DNA of 64,000 nt from Anthoceros angustus (GCA_010909165.1 MU008193.1:482376-546375); one strand, 5' to 3'; counted from the first letter of the stretch, positions 38,371 to 50,420 are shown. Made by a program: numbers and translations. Notes: generated by a model from the sequence alone, not told the origin.

Positions 38371-41340
38371 GCTATGAAGAAACCCTCTTCATCAACTCCT
38401 TCTGCACTCACAGTATGCTTGGCCTCATCCAAGCCTTCTAATCTTTACTGGTACTTGGATAGTGAAGTTACCTCACACATCTGTCATATCAAAAACTCTT
38501 TTGAGTCTTATTCCCCAATCACAGAACATCACTCTGTTCTTTTGGGTGATGATCACAACCTCCCAATAGTTGGCATAGGTTCAGTTGTTCTCAGATGTTC
38601 TACAGGTCAGACTCTCCACTTACGTCATGTCCTTCATGTACCAGCCATGTGTAAAAATCTAGTCTCTGCCGCTAGTTTGTGTCACGACCATACTATGCAA
38701 GTCACACTTTCTGCAGATAGTTGTCTTATTTCTTTTGTCTCCAATAAGTCACATGTCATCTGCCTAGGCACACAGGAGGATGGGCTATATAGACTTTCAA
38801 CCCAAGTGGGTCGCACACATTCCACAAATGTAGCGTCCCACAATTCTACTGTACCTAGCCATACCATGTTATGGCATTGTCGTCTTGGTCATCCCAATAG
38901 CCAAAAATTAATACAAATGTCTAAGGCATGACACCTCTATATATCACCCTGCCTTTCTCACATTCAACACCTTCCTTGGTGTGAGACTTGTGTCATTACA
39001 AAGCGACATCAAGCTCTTTTTCAGAACATCTTTCCCCAGAGGGCTACATCACCTCTCGAGCTTGTTCACACAGACATTTGTGGCCCTATCTCTACACCTT
39101 CTTTCAGTGGTAGCAGATATTTTTTGACCTTCATTGATGACTACTCCCGCTTCACTCTTACTTATATCCTTAATCACAAGGGTGATACTTACCATTTTCA
39201 AGGATTACATGGCCTAGGCGGAGAGATTAACGAGATAAGAAACTCAAAACCTTACGTTTCGACAATGGTGGTGAGTTTACATCTAAACAATTTGAGGACT
39301 TTTGCCGAGCTGAAGGTATAGCTCAACATCTGACTGTTGTTTATACTCCTCAACAAAATGGCGTGGCTGAAAATAAGAACTTACGTCTTCAAAAGATCAC
39401 TGGCTGCTTGTTAACCCAAGCTCATTTATCCAAAGTTTATTCGGCAAAGGCTCTCCTCATAGCCACATATCTCATGAATCGACTGCCTACCTCCGCAGTC
39501 CAAGGTATGACACCTTATGCCTTTACTGGCAAGAAGCCCTCTATTGATCATCTCTGCATTTTTGGATTTCCGGCCTATGTCTTTATTCCTAAAGCATTGC
39601 GAAAGAAGCTTGATCCTAAAGCGGCCAAATACACCTTCATTGGTTATATGGAAGGCATCAAGGGCTATAAACTATTTGATCCTTCCACAAAAAGACTTCT
39701 TGATGCTCGCAATGCCAATTTTCATGAATATCACCTATTTTCTCCTTGATGGAGATGCCTCTTTCCTAGGCTCACCACTCTTCTTCTTTCTGATTTATTA
39801 CAATTTTGTGAAGAAATGGCCAATAAAGGAAAGAAAATTACGATGTGATTAGATGGGGATAGTTGTATAAAACCATTTGGACAAATGTCAGAATTGATTC
39901 TATTAGCCAATAAAGTTGCTATGAAGAAACCCTCTTCATCAACTCCTTCTGCACTCACAGTATGCTTGGCCTCATCCAAGCCTTCTAATCTTTACTGGTA
40001 CTTGGATAGTGAAGTTACCTCACACATCTGTCATATCAAAAACTCTTTTGAGTCTTATTCCCCAATCACAGAACATCACTCTGTTCTTTTGGGTGATGAT
40101 CACAACCTCCCAATAGTTGGCATAGGTTCAGTTGTTCTCAGATGTTCTACAGGTCAGACTCTCCACTTACGTCATGTCCTTCATGTACCAGCCATGTGTA
40201 AAAATCTAGTCTCTGCCGCTAATTTGTGTCACGACCATACTATGCAAATCACATTTTCTGCAGATAGTTGTCTTATTTCTTTTGTCTCCAATAAGTCACA
40301 TGCCATCTGCATAGGCACACTAGAGGATGAGCTATATAGACTTTCAGCCCAAGTGGGTCCCACACATTCCACAAATGTAGCGTCCCACAATTCTGCCGTA
40401 CCTAGCCATACCATGTTATGGCATTGTCGTCTTGGTCATCCCAATAGCCAAAAATTAGTCCAAATGTCTAAGGTAGGACACCTCTATATATCACCCTGCC
40501 TTTCTCACATTCAACACCTTCCTTGGTGTGAGACTTGTGTCATTACAAAGCGACATCAAGCTCTTTTTCAGAACATCTTTCCCCAGAGGGCTACATCACC
40601 TCTCGAGCTTGTTCACACAGACATTTGTGGCCCTATCTCTACACCTTCTTTCAGTGGTAGCAGATATTTTTTGACCTTCATTGATGACTACTCCCGCTTC
40701 ACTCTTACTTATATCCTTAATCACAAGGGTGATACTTACCATTTTTTCAAGGATTACATGGCCTAGGCGGAGAGATTAACAGATAAGAAACTCAAAACCT
40801 TACGTTTCGACAATGGTGGTGAGTTTACATCTAAACAATTTGAGGACTTTTGCCGAGCTGAAGGTATAGCTCAACATCTGACTGTTGTTTATACTCCTCA
40901 ACAAAATGGCGTGGCTGAAAATAAGAACTTACGTCTTCAAAAGATCACTGGCTGCTTGTTAACCCAAGCTCATTTATCCAAAGTTTATTCGGCAAAGGCT
41001 CTCCTCATAGCCACATATCTCATGAATCGACCGCACCTCCATTCAAGGTATGACACCTTATGCCTTTACTGGCAAGAAGCCCTCTATTGATCATCTCTGC
41101 ATTTTTGGATTTCCGGCCTATGTCTTTATTCCTAAAGCATTGCGAAAGAAGCTTGATCCTAAAGCGGCCAAATACACCTTCATTGGTTATATGGAAGGCA
41201 TCAAGGGCTATAAACTATTTGATCCTTCCACAAAAAGACTTCTTGATGCTCGCAATGCCAATTTTCATGAATATCACCTATTTTCTCCTTCAGTGGGAGA
41301 TGCCTCTTTCCTAGGCTCACCACTCTTCTTCTTTCTGCAG
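38371..41340 (+). mobile_element. Ty1/copia pol fragment (protease, GAG-pre-integrase, integrase), LTR-less, in two tandem copies
   Basis: WYLDSEVTSHIC (mutated DSG), VLHVP...NLVS, LWHCRLGHP, LELVHTDICGP, TFIDDYSRFT, DNGGEF, TPQQNGVAE and KLDPKA..FIGY. Repeat unit about 38234-39790 and about 39791-41337. Confidence 0.93.
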
Positions 41341-41699
41341 TCCTTCTCCATGTGATTTGGAATTCTGCACCAACTACAACACAATTTTTTGAAGGATTAA
41401 TTGATGGGTAACAAAAGATTAATTGATTATTTTGACGACATAGATTTACCCATTGATTAATGAACAAAATTAAGAAATATAAAAGGAGGATACATTGAAT
41501 AATGGTTGATTATTTAGATTGCTTGGAGTTTATAATTTAAATTAAAAGACTAAAAGAAGGGATGAAATAATATTTCATGATAGGAAACTAAGTTTGTGTA
41601 TCATAATTTCCTGTCACGAAACATTAACTTAAAAACTAAGTTCATAGCAAAGAAGCTTGCTATGAAAACTTATGATGTTTGATAATTGGAAATGGAAAC

Positions 41700-42525
41700 G
41701 AAGACTTTATTATAAAAAAAGAGTTGGAAAAACCCATCCACTCCAAAAACAAAGGGGGGGAAACCCAACAAAGAGCCCCATGCCAAGGGGACTAGCCCCC
41801 ACGATCACGCGTTTCAAAACTACCAACTGCCCGAAGAACTTCGTGGTCAAGGACGTGAAAAGGCCTACTTACCACCGGTGTCGAAGAAGTTGCATCTCCC
41901 GCGCTCGCTGTCGTTCTGTACACTGCGTTGGCCAATGCCCTCTGGAGAGCGATGGAAACCCTCAGCCGGAAGAAAGCAACAATACAAGAAAGGGGAAGGC
42001 CAATCCCATCCTTGCGGCTATGATGAGCCTTGGCGCAGGCCTTAACGAACTGAGAGAAATCCTTGCCCATGGCTTCGTGAGTCTCGATGGCAAGGGGGAT
42101 GAAGGCGTGGCCGTCCTGCATAGGACAGTACTTGTGGACCTTAGCTGTCGCGCATCCCTCCGCCGCCCAACCTGGAGGGTTAAGAATAACATGTTTGCAG
42201 ACACTGTCCAGGGTGGGATTGGTTACAACCACATCAGCTACCAAAACCTGATCCCCCCGAGTCAAAAATAGATCAACCCTAAGCGAAACCTCGTTGAGTA
42301 GGGTGTAAGGGCACTCCCTAAATGGAAGGAACCCACCTTTTCTAGCAATAGAGAACAGACGTCCCGGACGGCGTCATGCGTGGCGATATGCTGCCCACCC
42401 CCGGGACAGCGAGCCAAGTGCATCTTGGAGTTATCGAGAGGGGCCCCGCAGCTGCAAGTTGAAAGAGCAAGCTAGAGGATGGACCAAGCCCAGGCAAAAA
42501 CGCATCGCGGAGAAAAAAGTTGCTA
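41700..42525 (-). mobile_element. 3' end of a non-LTR retrotransposon with restriction-like endonuclease (CRE-like), 5'-truncated
   Basis: With two frameshifts: AMRFCLGL, CSCGAPLDNSKMHLARC (CCHC), THDAVRD, RE, RVDL, ADVVV, AKVHKY, FIPLAIET and RVSIALQR. Stop at 41792; 3' UTR with AATAAA near 41710. Confidence 0.8.
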
Positions 42526-42877
42526 GTGCGATGCGGGCGGCAGATTACGGTGTGGTACTGCTGGCGTGACGGCGGCGTGCGATCCGTGTCGTTGTGGTAT
42601 GGGGTCCGATCCCAAGAGAATGACCTTCTCGTCTGATTTCCTACTCGGTTCGTCTAACTTACCCTTTGGCTGCGTTTGGCAACCTTCCAACAGCCTGTTA
42701 TGGGCGACCGTCGCCTCGCGCGCCTTCCAGCGGACTCTACCGGCGACATCGGGCACGGGCGTGGGTGGAACCACTCCGAGATTGGCTATCCGCTTTACGG
42801 CGGTCGAGGTTAAATATTACCCTCCACCCCATCCGTATCACTCACCTGGTTACAACTGCGCGATTTACGTTATGTCT

Positions 42878-45327
42878 CACTAGTACATTAACACGATAAT
42901 TTTTGAAGGGGGTGAATAATCTCGAAGGGGGTTTTCCGCAAATAATCTACGAAGGGGTTTTGATGGGCCCTAAAGCAGTTTTGAAGGCATTCGGAAAAGC
43001 GACTCGAAAAAAGGTGTCACCGGTAAAGTTACTACTTTCCATCCGGCAATGTTTGTGTCGAATGGTGGTGCAAACTCGAACCTAGGGAATGATGCAAAGT
43101 AGGAGCGGTGAGGAAGGCCGTTCTGCGGGCGAGACGGTAAACTCGGTTTGGGATGGAAATGTGGTTTTGTTATGACACCACAAAAGCCACAGACGGTATT
43201 TCCTAACACGAAACATCGACCGGACTTACAACATTAACTCGGGACCCGGGAAAAAGCAGATTTCGGTTCACTCATCCCGAGTTCAATCCATCGTCATCAC
43301 TTGGTCCACTTCTCCTCCATTGTCATCACTATCTTGATGACACTTTCACTCGCGGGTTGTATGAAGCCACGCAACTCATGAGCTTATCCCTTATCGCTTT
43401 TTGTCCACCGCATACGGATGTTTGGTCGTTCAACACAAACCCATGTCTGGGATGGTATTTCATTCACAAATACCTCCTGTATGTTTTTAGGTAATGGATC
43501 TTATTCCCTTTTTCCTCGGCATTGGACGGATGGGTTACCACTCTGGCGGACTATGTGTTCACATATCTCCTTCATACGCATCTATGTGCTCGGTCCGATA
43601 CTAGTGGATAAGAAAGTGAGGTCGTGGTGCGTTTAGCTTCACGTCAATGACCTCCCAATCCGAATGGCACGTATGCATGTCCGTATTGCAGCCTTTGCAT
43701 CCCTCTCGGTTCCGTTATGTCCCCATTCATCCGTGCCATTTCCGTTGCCTTCCGCATTTTGATATGCCCCAAATACATATCACTGGGAGGTCCCTCAATA
43801 ATGCCTCATCTAGCAAAGCTTCATCCGCACTTGAAGTGGTCATGTATGATCCACTTACGCGTGAAAACCACTTCCAAGGACGTAGCACTAGCCCAATGTT
43901 ATTCTCCACAACGATAGCAATCTCCTTCCGGTCCAAGGCTTCCCACCACTTATACTCTTCAGGTCACCTATGGATGCAAATCTTTTAACCCTTCACGCAA
44001 ATGGGCCACACCTTCCATCGGTGATAGGATACGTTCCTTCTTGTCCCCCTAGCTTCACCCGTGCACCGTAGGATGGTGCTAAGGGAGGCCGATCGGCCGC
44101 CCTCCCCATGCTCTGCTCATGGGCGGCCGGCGGCGCCCTCCCCTAACACACCACGCCCATGGGCGGCCGGCCCCTAACACACCACCCATGGGCGCGGCCG
44201 GCGCCTCCCCTAGCACACCGCCCATGGGCGGCCGGCGCCCTCCCCTAACACACCACCCATGGGCGGCCGGCGCCTCCCCTAGCACACCGCCCATGGGCGC
44301 CGGCCGGCGCCTCCCCTAGCACACCGCCCATGGGCGCCGGCCGGCGCCTCCCCTAACACCACCGCCCATGGGCGCCGGCCGGCCCCCCAACACGCCATGC
44401 CTTGCCCATGGGCGCCGGCCGGCGCCCTCCCCCCCTGCCCTACCCATGGCGCCGGCCGGCGCCTCCTCTAGGCTGTCTTCAGAAAATAAATATTTAGCGC
44501 CTCAAGAGAGTTTCAACCATGGATTGTTGGTCTAGTGTTTGGGAAATAAGTGTAGTAATGAATAGGTTTGTGTTCAAACCTCGTGCCTCCTAACAAGTTC
44601 AATTTTGTTGATTTTAAGGATGCTTGCATGGGCGCATGGGCAACTAACTTTGTTCATTTTAAGGACGTTGGCATTGCCTTAAAGCCCAAGTGGTTGCATT
44701 GAGTGCGGAAGGTTGAAGACCACGGTGGCGACCTTTTGGATGAGGTCGGACCCTAGATCTTTGTGGCGATCGACACCGTCGGGACTGGGCCCAAGAATGA
44801 TACTATTGAAGGCGAGCAAGCAATGGAGAGCGACAACGAGGCGGAGGATATGGACCGCCTCGAATATGGCGGTGGTACTTGACTCGATTTGGCGCAAGGC
44901 ATGGATGAGTCGCCGGGCCGCACTCTTGAATGGCTATTGTCGATGCCGATGACCACTTCCTCCTTAGATTGTTTGTTGCAATGTTCTCACGACCACTTAA
45001 ATGAGACTCCGCTAATGCAGATTGTTTTCATTGTGTTCCACCACTTGAAAGTAAAAGTTTTCGGTTGTAATAAACATATGAAAATGGCAGCCCTCTATGC
45101 ATTCTACTAAAGCATAAGCGGGCCCACACCCTCATGCTCCAGTTCTCGGGTGTAGACTTGAAAGTGCATCTTTTATCAAAGATATGACCTCGGAAAGGTG
45201 TGTGCATTATCAAAGTAGGGCACATATCTTTGTTCTAGGTAAGGTGTTCTTCGTGACAAGGGGTCTTTGTCTCGGCGAAGGGGTCGATTATATCCCCTTC
45301 AAAATTATCGGTAATGATTACCTGCTG
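42878..45327. mobile_element. Non-autonomous CACTA-like DNA transposon nested in the solo LTR
   Basis: The left end CACTAGTACATTAACACGATAATTTTTGAAGGGG is an imperfect inverted repeat of CCCCTTCAAAATTATCGGTAATGATTACCTGCTG at about 45293-45327. LTR homology resumes after it. No clean TSD. Confidence 0.6.
44085..44465. repeat. GC-rich minisatellite with about 37-bp units
   Basis: About 10 imperfect copies of CCGCCCATGGGCGCCGGCCGGCGCCTCCCCTAGCACA. Confidence 0.92.
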
Positions 45328-47896
45328 GTATATAGCCGAACGTTTAAGGACTCGTTCTCGTCCCAATGTTCTCTTTCGCTCTCCCATGACTCCCTCGCCG
45401 TTCCACTTTTGTCGACCTCGTCCGCACCCAGAGGTGCCTGGTTGAAGTTGCGTGTCCGGTGTGTGTGGGTTGCAGCACCTTCGCGTTCGCAACCGCCAAT
45501 CTGTCCAGTCCAGGCTCTACATGCCCTCCCGAGTGACTGGCTAGCTACGCCTGCTCTGGTCTGCTGGCCGTCGGGATCCTACCCTGGAAGAGAGGGTTTC
45601 CTGGGTTCTCCACACTTGCACTCACCACCACGCATTAGGGTCCATCACCAGAACCTGGATAATTCTCTCCGGAGTAGTCCGCCCGCTCGGTGACTCGGGA
45701 CTCGCGTAAGTACTGGACTCACAAAAGCCTGCAAGTGTAATGCAGCATTAACCCCAAAAGAAAGATCACATTACTAGGATGGCAACCCTCCTCTTATACT
45801 ACGTTCCGAGGTAGTGCCTTTATTACACTCCTAAATTGGTCCCTCTTTGCTAGCTAACTTACGCACCTTGATGGCCCTTGTCCCGTGGCCTTATCTCGTC
45901 TACGGTGGGGTACATTGCTAACTATGAGTGACCTCCGGCATAATCCCCATCTCTGGCGCTTGAGGGGCGCCCAATCGGATTATCCTTGACCCCCGGAGTC
46001 TCGCGGAGGCCCTTCCCCTTCCTCTAACCCGGTCAAGCTACGCCACTGGAGGTGGAGTGACAACGGCTGTTACTATTAAGTCCTCCTCCTCGCTGTCCCC
46101 CAATGCTCTGGTGGGTCCCTTCCCTGGGGTCCATCTGAGGTCTGTTCGTCTTGGGCTGGTCGAGCCTGACCCCCGACCAATTCCGTCCCTAGCACTGGAG
46201 GTCGGACTTCTGCCGTCCTCACCTCCGGAGTCCGGACCACTACGTCCGTCCTCTCCTCCGGAGTTCGGACCATTGCATCCGTCCTCTCCTCCGGAGTCCG
46301 GACCACTGCATCCGTCCTCTCCTCCGGAATCCGGACTTTTGAAACCAGACCCTCCTCAAGCATCCGGACTTCCAAGTCCGGGACTGCCCCCGATATCCGG
46401 CCTTCTAAGTCCGGACTTGCCTTCTAGGATCCCATGTCCCCTTGCGGTGTCTCTCTCTCCCTTTCCGGCCTTCCCTCCTATGGAGCACCTTCCCCTACAC
46501 CCCCCGTGCTAGGCACTGGGTGCGGAGGACCTACCTCCTGCTCTGTCGTGGTTGCTCCGCCGTCTTCTCCCGACCGCCTTTCGTCCGTCGGGCCCTCCTC
46601 GCTACTGCTCCCATCCCCGAACCGGGCTCCCAAGTTCCCTGCAGCCGCGCTTTCTCCGAGATCTTCTTCTCTCCAGGTCCCCTCCAACTCCTCTGATGGC
46701 CCCGCAACCTCGGTCGCCTGGTGGACTGCACCCACCGCCCTCAGGAGCTCCGCGTGGTAGTACGCAAAGTCCGAGTCGACCTACGTGGGATGCCATCCCA
46801 CGTAGAGGAGGCCATTGGCCTCCTCTACGTGGGCTCTGAGAACTCTGTACTACCATCTCTAAAGGTTCTCTGGTAGCCAAGCGTGCCTGGTCGCCTGTTG
46901 GGCCGTTCCAAGTCCTCTAGCACAGTCACGGTATCTGGAAACACGCCGACTCCAAACCGCTGCTCTTGGCTCGCTCTGTCTCCTGTTCCCTTCGTAGGGT
47001 GGCCAACTGTCCTGTCAAGGCTCGGGATTCTCCTTCTACCCTTCTTAAATGGACCAGCAACTTCTGCTCCTCGTTCTACCATTGCTGCTGGTCCGTTACC
47101 TTTTGGCTCAGGACTTCCTTGTCGCAAAAGGAGGGTGTTTATCCGACGTCCAGTAGTCATTGCCAAAGACCATGAATCTTGGGCGCCGACGTGCTAGCGC
47201 CCGAGGCACGTAGCCTTTGGGCATGACTTGGGCGCCGGCAGGTGTGTCACTTACGGCGTGTTTAGGGTCTTCACACCCTCGATTGTTGTGCACAACGATG
47301 TCGACCATGTGTGGATTGGATGTATAGCATGAATATAGAAATAGCTGTATGCATTCCCTTTGATGCTGCTGCAGAGATGGTCACCCATGTTCATTTACTG
47401 TTGTTTAACGAATCGCATGCACTAATGGGCATCATTTCCATCGAAAACAATGGTCGTCCTGTAGAACGAACCCTTCGTCTACCACTGTGGGCCGCTTAAA
47501 GATATAAACTTCTCTACGGCATCCTAATTTTGAGCCTTCTTCTGCAGGGTATGCTCAAATATGGCATTTCAATACCTATTGAAAACCCCGTTCTGCGTAT
47601 ATTCACGTCAAAAGCCGCTTGATGTATCATCACACTTGTCTTTGAGACTTTCTTCTAACCTCTCGAATGCGAGATTCGATAATTACGTTTTCTTTTCATA
47701 ATAAGTTATTAAGCGAAGAAGAGAGTGTGCAGGCTTGTGGTTCTTGCAAGCCATTTGTATATTTGATCTTAGACTTCAACCCAGGAAATAATTCGGAGGG
47801 TGAGAATTGCGAAGAGATGAAATCCGAGTACCTATGCACGTTTGGTGCAAAATAGCAGAAGGAGGTGGTAGCCCGGGCGTGGCCTGAGGGAGACAT

Positions 47897-49257
47897 TCAG
47901 TAGCGTGTGAAGAGTTGGAGCTCCCTGACAATATGGTCGTGATGCGTGTTGGATTCAGGATCGCGGTGGTGCACCTTGTTGTGTGCAGTGCGTTCGGAGG
48001 GCGGCACGGGACGCTTGGTATCTCCCTTGGACGGCCGCAGTATGGCTTGCAGCTTGTGGAAGAGGTCCTTCCGGAGCGCGTACTTGTCCACATGGTGCGG
48101 CGGCACGCCGTGGTACACGAACGCCATGGCCACGCCGGCCAGCAGGGGCCCGACCCAAAACACCCAGTGCCCAACCCACAGCAGATGCTTGTTAATCACC
48201 ACGGCGGCGCCGAAGCAGCGCGCCGGGTTCATGGCCGCGCCCGTGTAGCCTGGGCGCAGGGAGCCAGACACGAAGATGAGCAGCGCCACGATTCCGCCCA
48301 CCAGGAACGGCGCCAGCACGGGGCCCGTCACCTGCGACTGCCGCGGGTCCAGCGCGATGAAGTAGGCCAGCAGCAGCAGGATGAAGGTGAAGGCGAACTC
48401 CGACAACAGGGCCGACAGGGGATCTATGCCCTCCTTGTCGCTGTTGCGCAGCATGCACCCACCTAGGAATTCATTCTTTGCCGTTTGATCCGGCAGCACT
48501 CTGTACGCCATGAGCGCCGCCAGAATGGCGCCCACCGTCTGCGCGAAGATGTAGAGCAGGGAGCGCACCGGGGACGAGTGGCCCGTCAGCATGGTTGCCA
48601 GCGTGATGCACGGGTTGATGTGCCCGCCTGATGCCGGCGCGGCTGCCAGGATCACCAGCGCCACGATGGGGAAGTGGATAAGGCTGATGAACAGGTGGGC
48701 GTTGTCGCCGCCCGTGTTCGATATGGTTACCACGGCCGTGTAGCTCAAGAACAGCACCACTGTGGTTGCCACCAGCTCCACGCACGATGCTCGCCATACC
48801 TGCCACCAGTCCAGCACCGTCGCCGATTACGTCCAAGCAATGTTCTGAATCTCTTCAATACGATTACACAGTCCTAACTAAGCCTACCTCCGGATTGAAG
48901 TAGTCGGATATGCCCAGCAGACGTTCCGCCAACCCGCCATCCTCCAACAGCCTCCTCTCCCGCTGGTTCACTCGTCTCTCGGACGGAGGGTAGCGCACCA
49001 GCGATCCCTCGTACACCTCGAGCACGATATCTTCCTCCGCCATTTGTTCCAGCCGCAAGGTGGGAATCCGATGGAGCCTCGCTGACAAGCGTCCTCTACC
49101 CCTCCACAGTCTGAGCCATTCAGGCCCGGTGAGGAATTCATTTGCCACGAATGGATATCAACTCCCCGGCAGGCCCTAGGGACAAACGCTCTGCTTCTCT
49201 GTCTATCCCTCACCGGCCAGGGCTCGGACATTCCAGCGCTTCGCCTGCTACGTTCAT
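47897..49257 (-). CDS. XIP: Aquaporin, X intrinsic protein (XIP), second paralog
   Basis: EVYEGSLVRY N-terminal motif, VWRASCVELVATT, SGGHINPC, GYTGAAMNPARCFG and HWVFWVGP. Start at 49257 (via a phase-2 intron like its paralog) or at 49043. Confidence 0.92.
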
Positions 49258-49553
49258 GGCACAACATCTACAATTTCGCTTGCCATGGGCGGATTGCCCC
49301 AGGCCCTGGCCAACCAAACTACATATGGCAATCGGCCTATTTCTGGCGCCGCCCAAATGTCGTGTGACCAGCTAGTCATTCAAGGATCAGACCTTGTCGG
49401 ACAACCTTTGGCATACGACAACAGGTCTCAGTACAAGTATATACCTCGAATGCAACAGTTGAACGGGGCACCAGAGTGAACATGCCGCCCTCTTGCACAT
49501 CTGCCTACCCCACTCCTACCACTACACAGATCAACGTATAATAATCTGTGCCC

Positions 49554-50149
49554 TCAAGACGACACTGGATTGACTGAAAACTTCGGGTACTGGGATTTGC
49601 TCTTCACTCTAGACTTCTTCGAATCGGCTTGTCTGTGGGCCTTCCTGTCCAAAGCAGCAACCTTGTCCTCCCTCTTCTCAGCCCCCCTCGCTTCAGCTTC
49701 GGCCGTGACCTTAGCTTCGAGCTTGCTTTCCAGAGCCTTCTTGGCGTCAGTATGAGCACTGAAAGGAAATAAGTTTGCCGGCAAAGTCACTGGCTCTTTG
49801 AGCACAACATAAGCTTTCTTGTAGTCAGGCCGTCGAAAAAAGCATTTCAGCCTCCTGTTCATCTTCTTCTTACCCTCCATGTTGATGGTACATACTTTGT
49901 GAACTCTTAGTCCATACACTGCCTCCAGCACGTTGCGAATTTCAACCTGGAGCAACCAACGATATCACTTCGGTTAGAGCAACTTTCGATATGCTCTTCA
50001 CTCTCACAAGACAAGAGCGGATTGTGCACCTTAGAAGCGCTTGGAACCGTCCTGAAAGCAACCTCGGTGATATTCACTCTACTCGGGGGCGTAATCATGG
50101 CCAAAGGTAAGTTGGCCAGGTGTATAACCCGCCCTAATTTCTTCGCCAT
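49554..50149 (-). CDS. RPL23: Ribosomal protein uL23, mitochondrial type, 2 exons
   Basis: LGRVIHLANLP, AFRTVPSASK|VEIRNVLEAVYGL.V.KV.T.NMEGKKK and DYKKAYV. Confidence 0.92.
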
Positions 50150-50420
50150 CTCCTCTGGAACGAGATCAGCCTCCCAAAGACCTCAAAGCCCTGCCACAAC
50201 AAGATCAATCACCACTCCGTACTCTTCCCCAAGATGTAGTCTCAGCAGCAGCAGCGACTTGAGCCAAAACTGCCGTAGGGTTCTACCTGTGAAAAGAAGG
50301 GCACACACTCGTAAAACCCTGAACCTTCAGACGTTCTTTCGGTTGAGGTTCGCTCGCCTTTCAGCTGTGACAACGCAGGAGCAATGAGCAGGACACTTAT
50401 CACCTGTATAATCTGAAGGA

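Larger units (their letters stand above)
42551..47251 (-). mobile_element. Solo LTR of a gypsy family related to the element at 1-15973 (about 2.25 kb once the nested insert is removed)
   Basis: Starts TGTGG, and is flanked by TACGG at 42546-42550 and 47252-47256 (or the 6-bp TTACGG). 42551-42625, about 45330-45365 and 45690-45840 align with 7591-7670, about 7765-7800 and 8070-8205. It contains a 33-bp x4 repeat at about 46213-46340. Confidence 0.8.

Noticed and set aside
44085-44465. CRISPR-like appearance of the 37-bp palindromic repeats
   Set aside because: There are no unique spacers and no cas genes, and the context is eukaryotic.
44520-44590. tRNA-like A box (TGGTCTAGTG) and B box (GTTCAAACC)
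   Set aside because: No cloverleaf or acceptor stem can be folded. At most a decayed SINE-like piece inside a transposon.
43220-45000. Transposase remnants inside the CACTA-like insert
   Set aside because: Frames are stop-ridden and I could not recognise any TnpA/TnpD motif.
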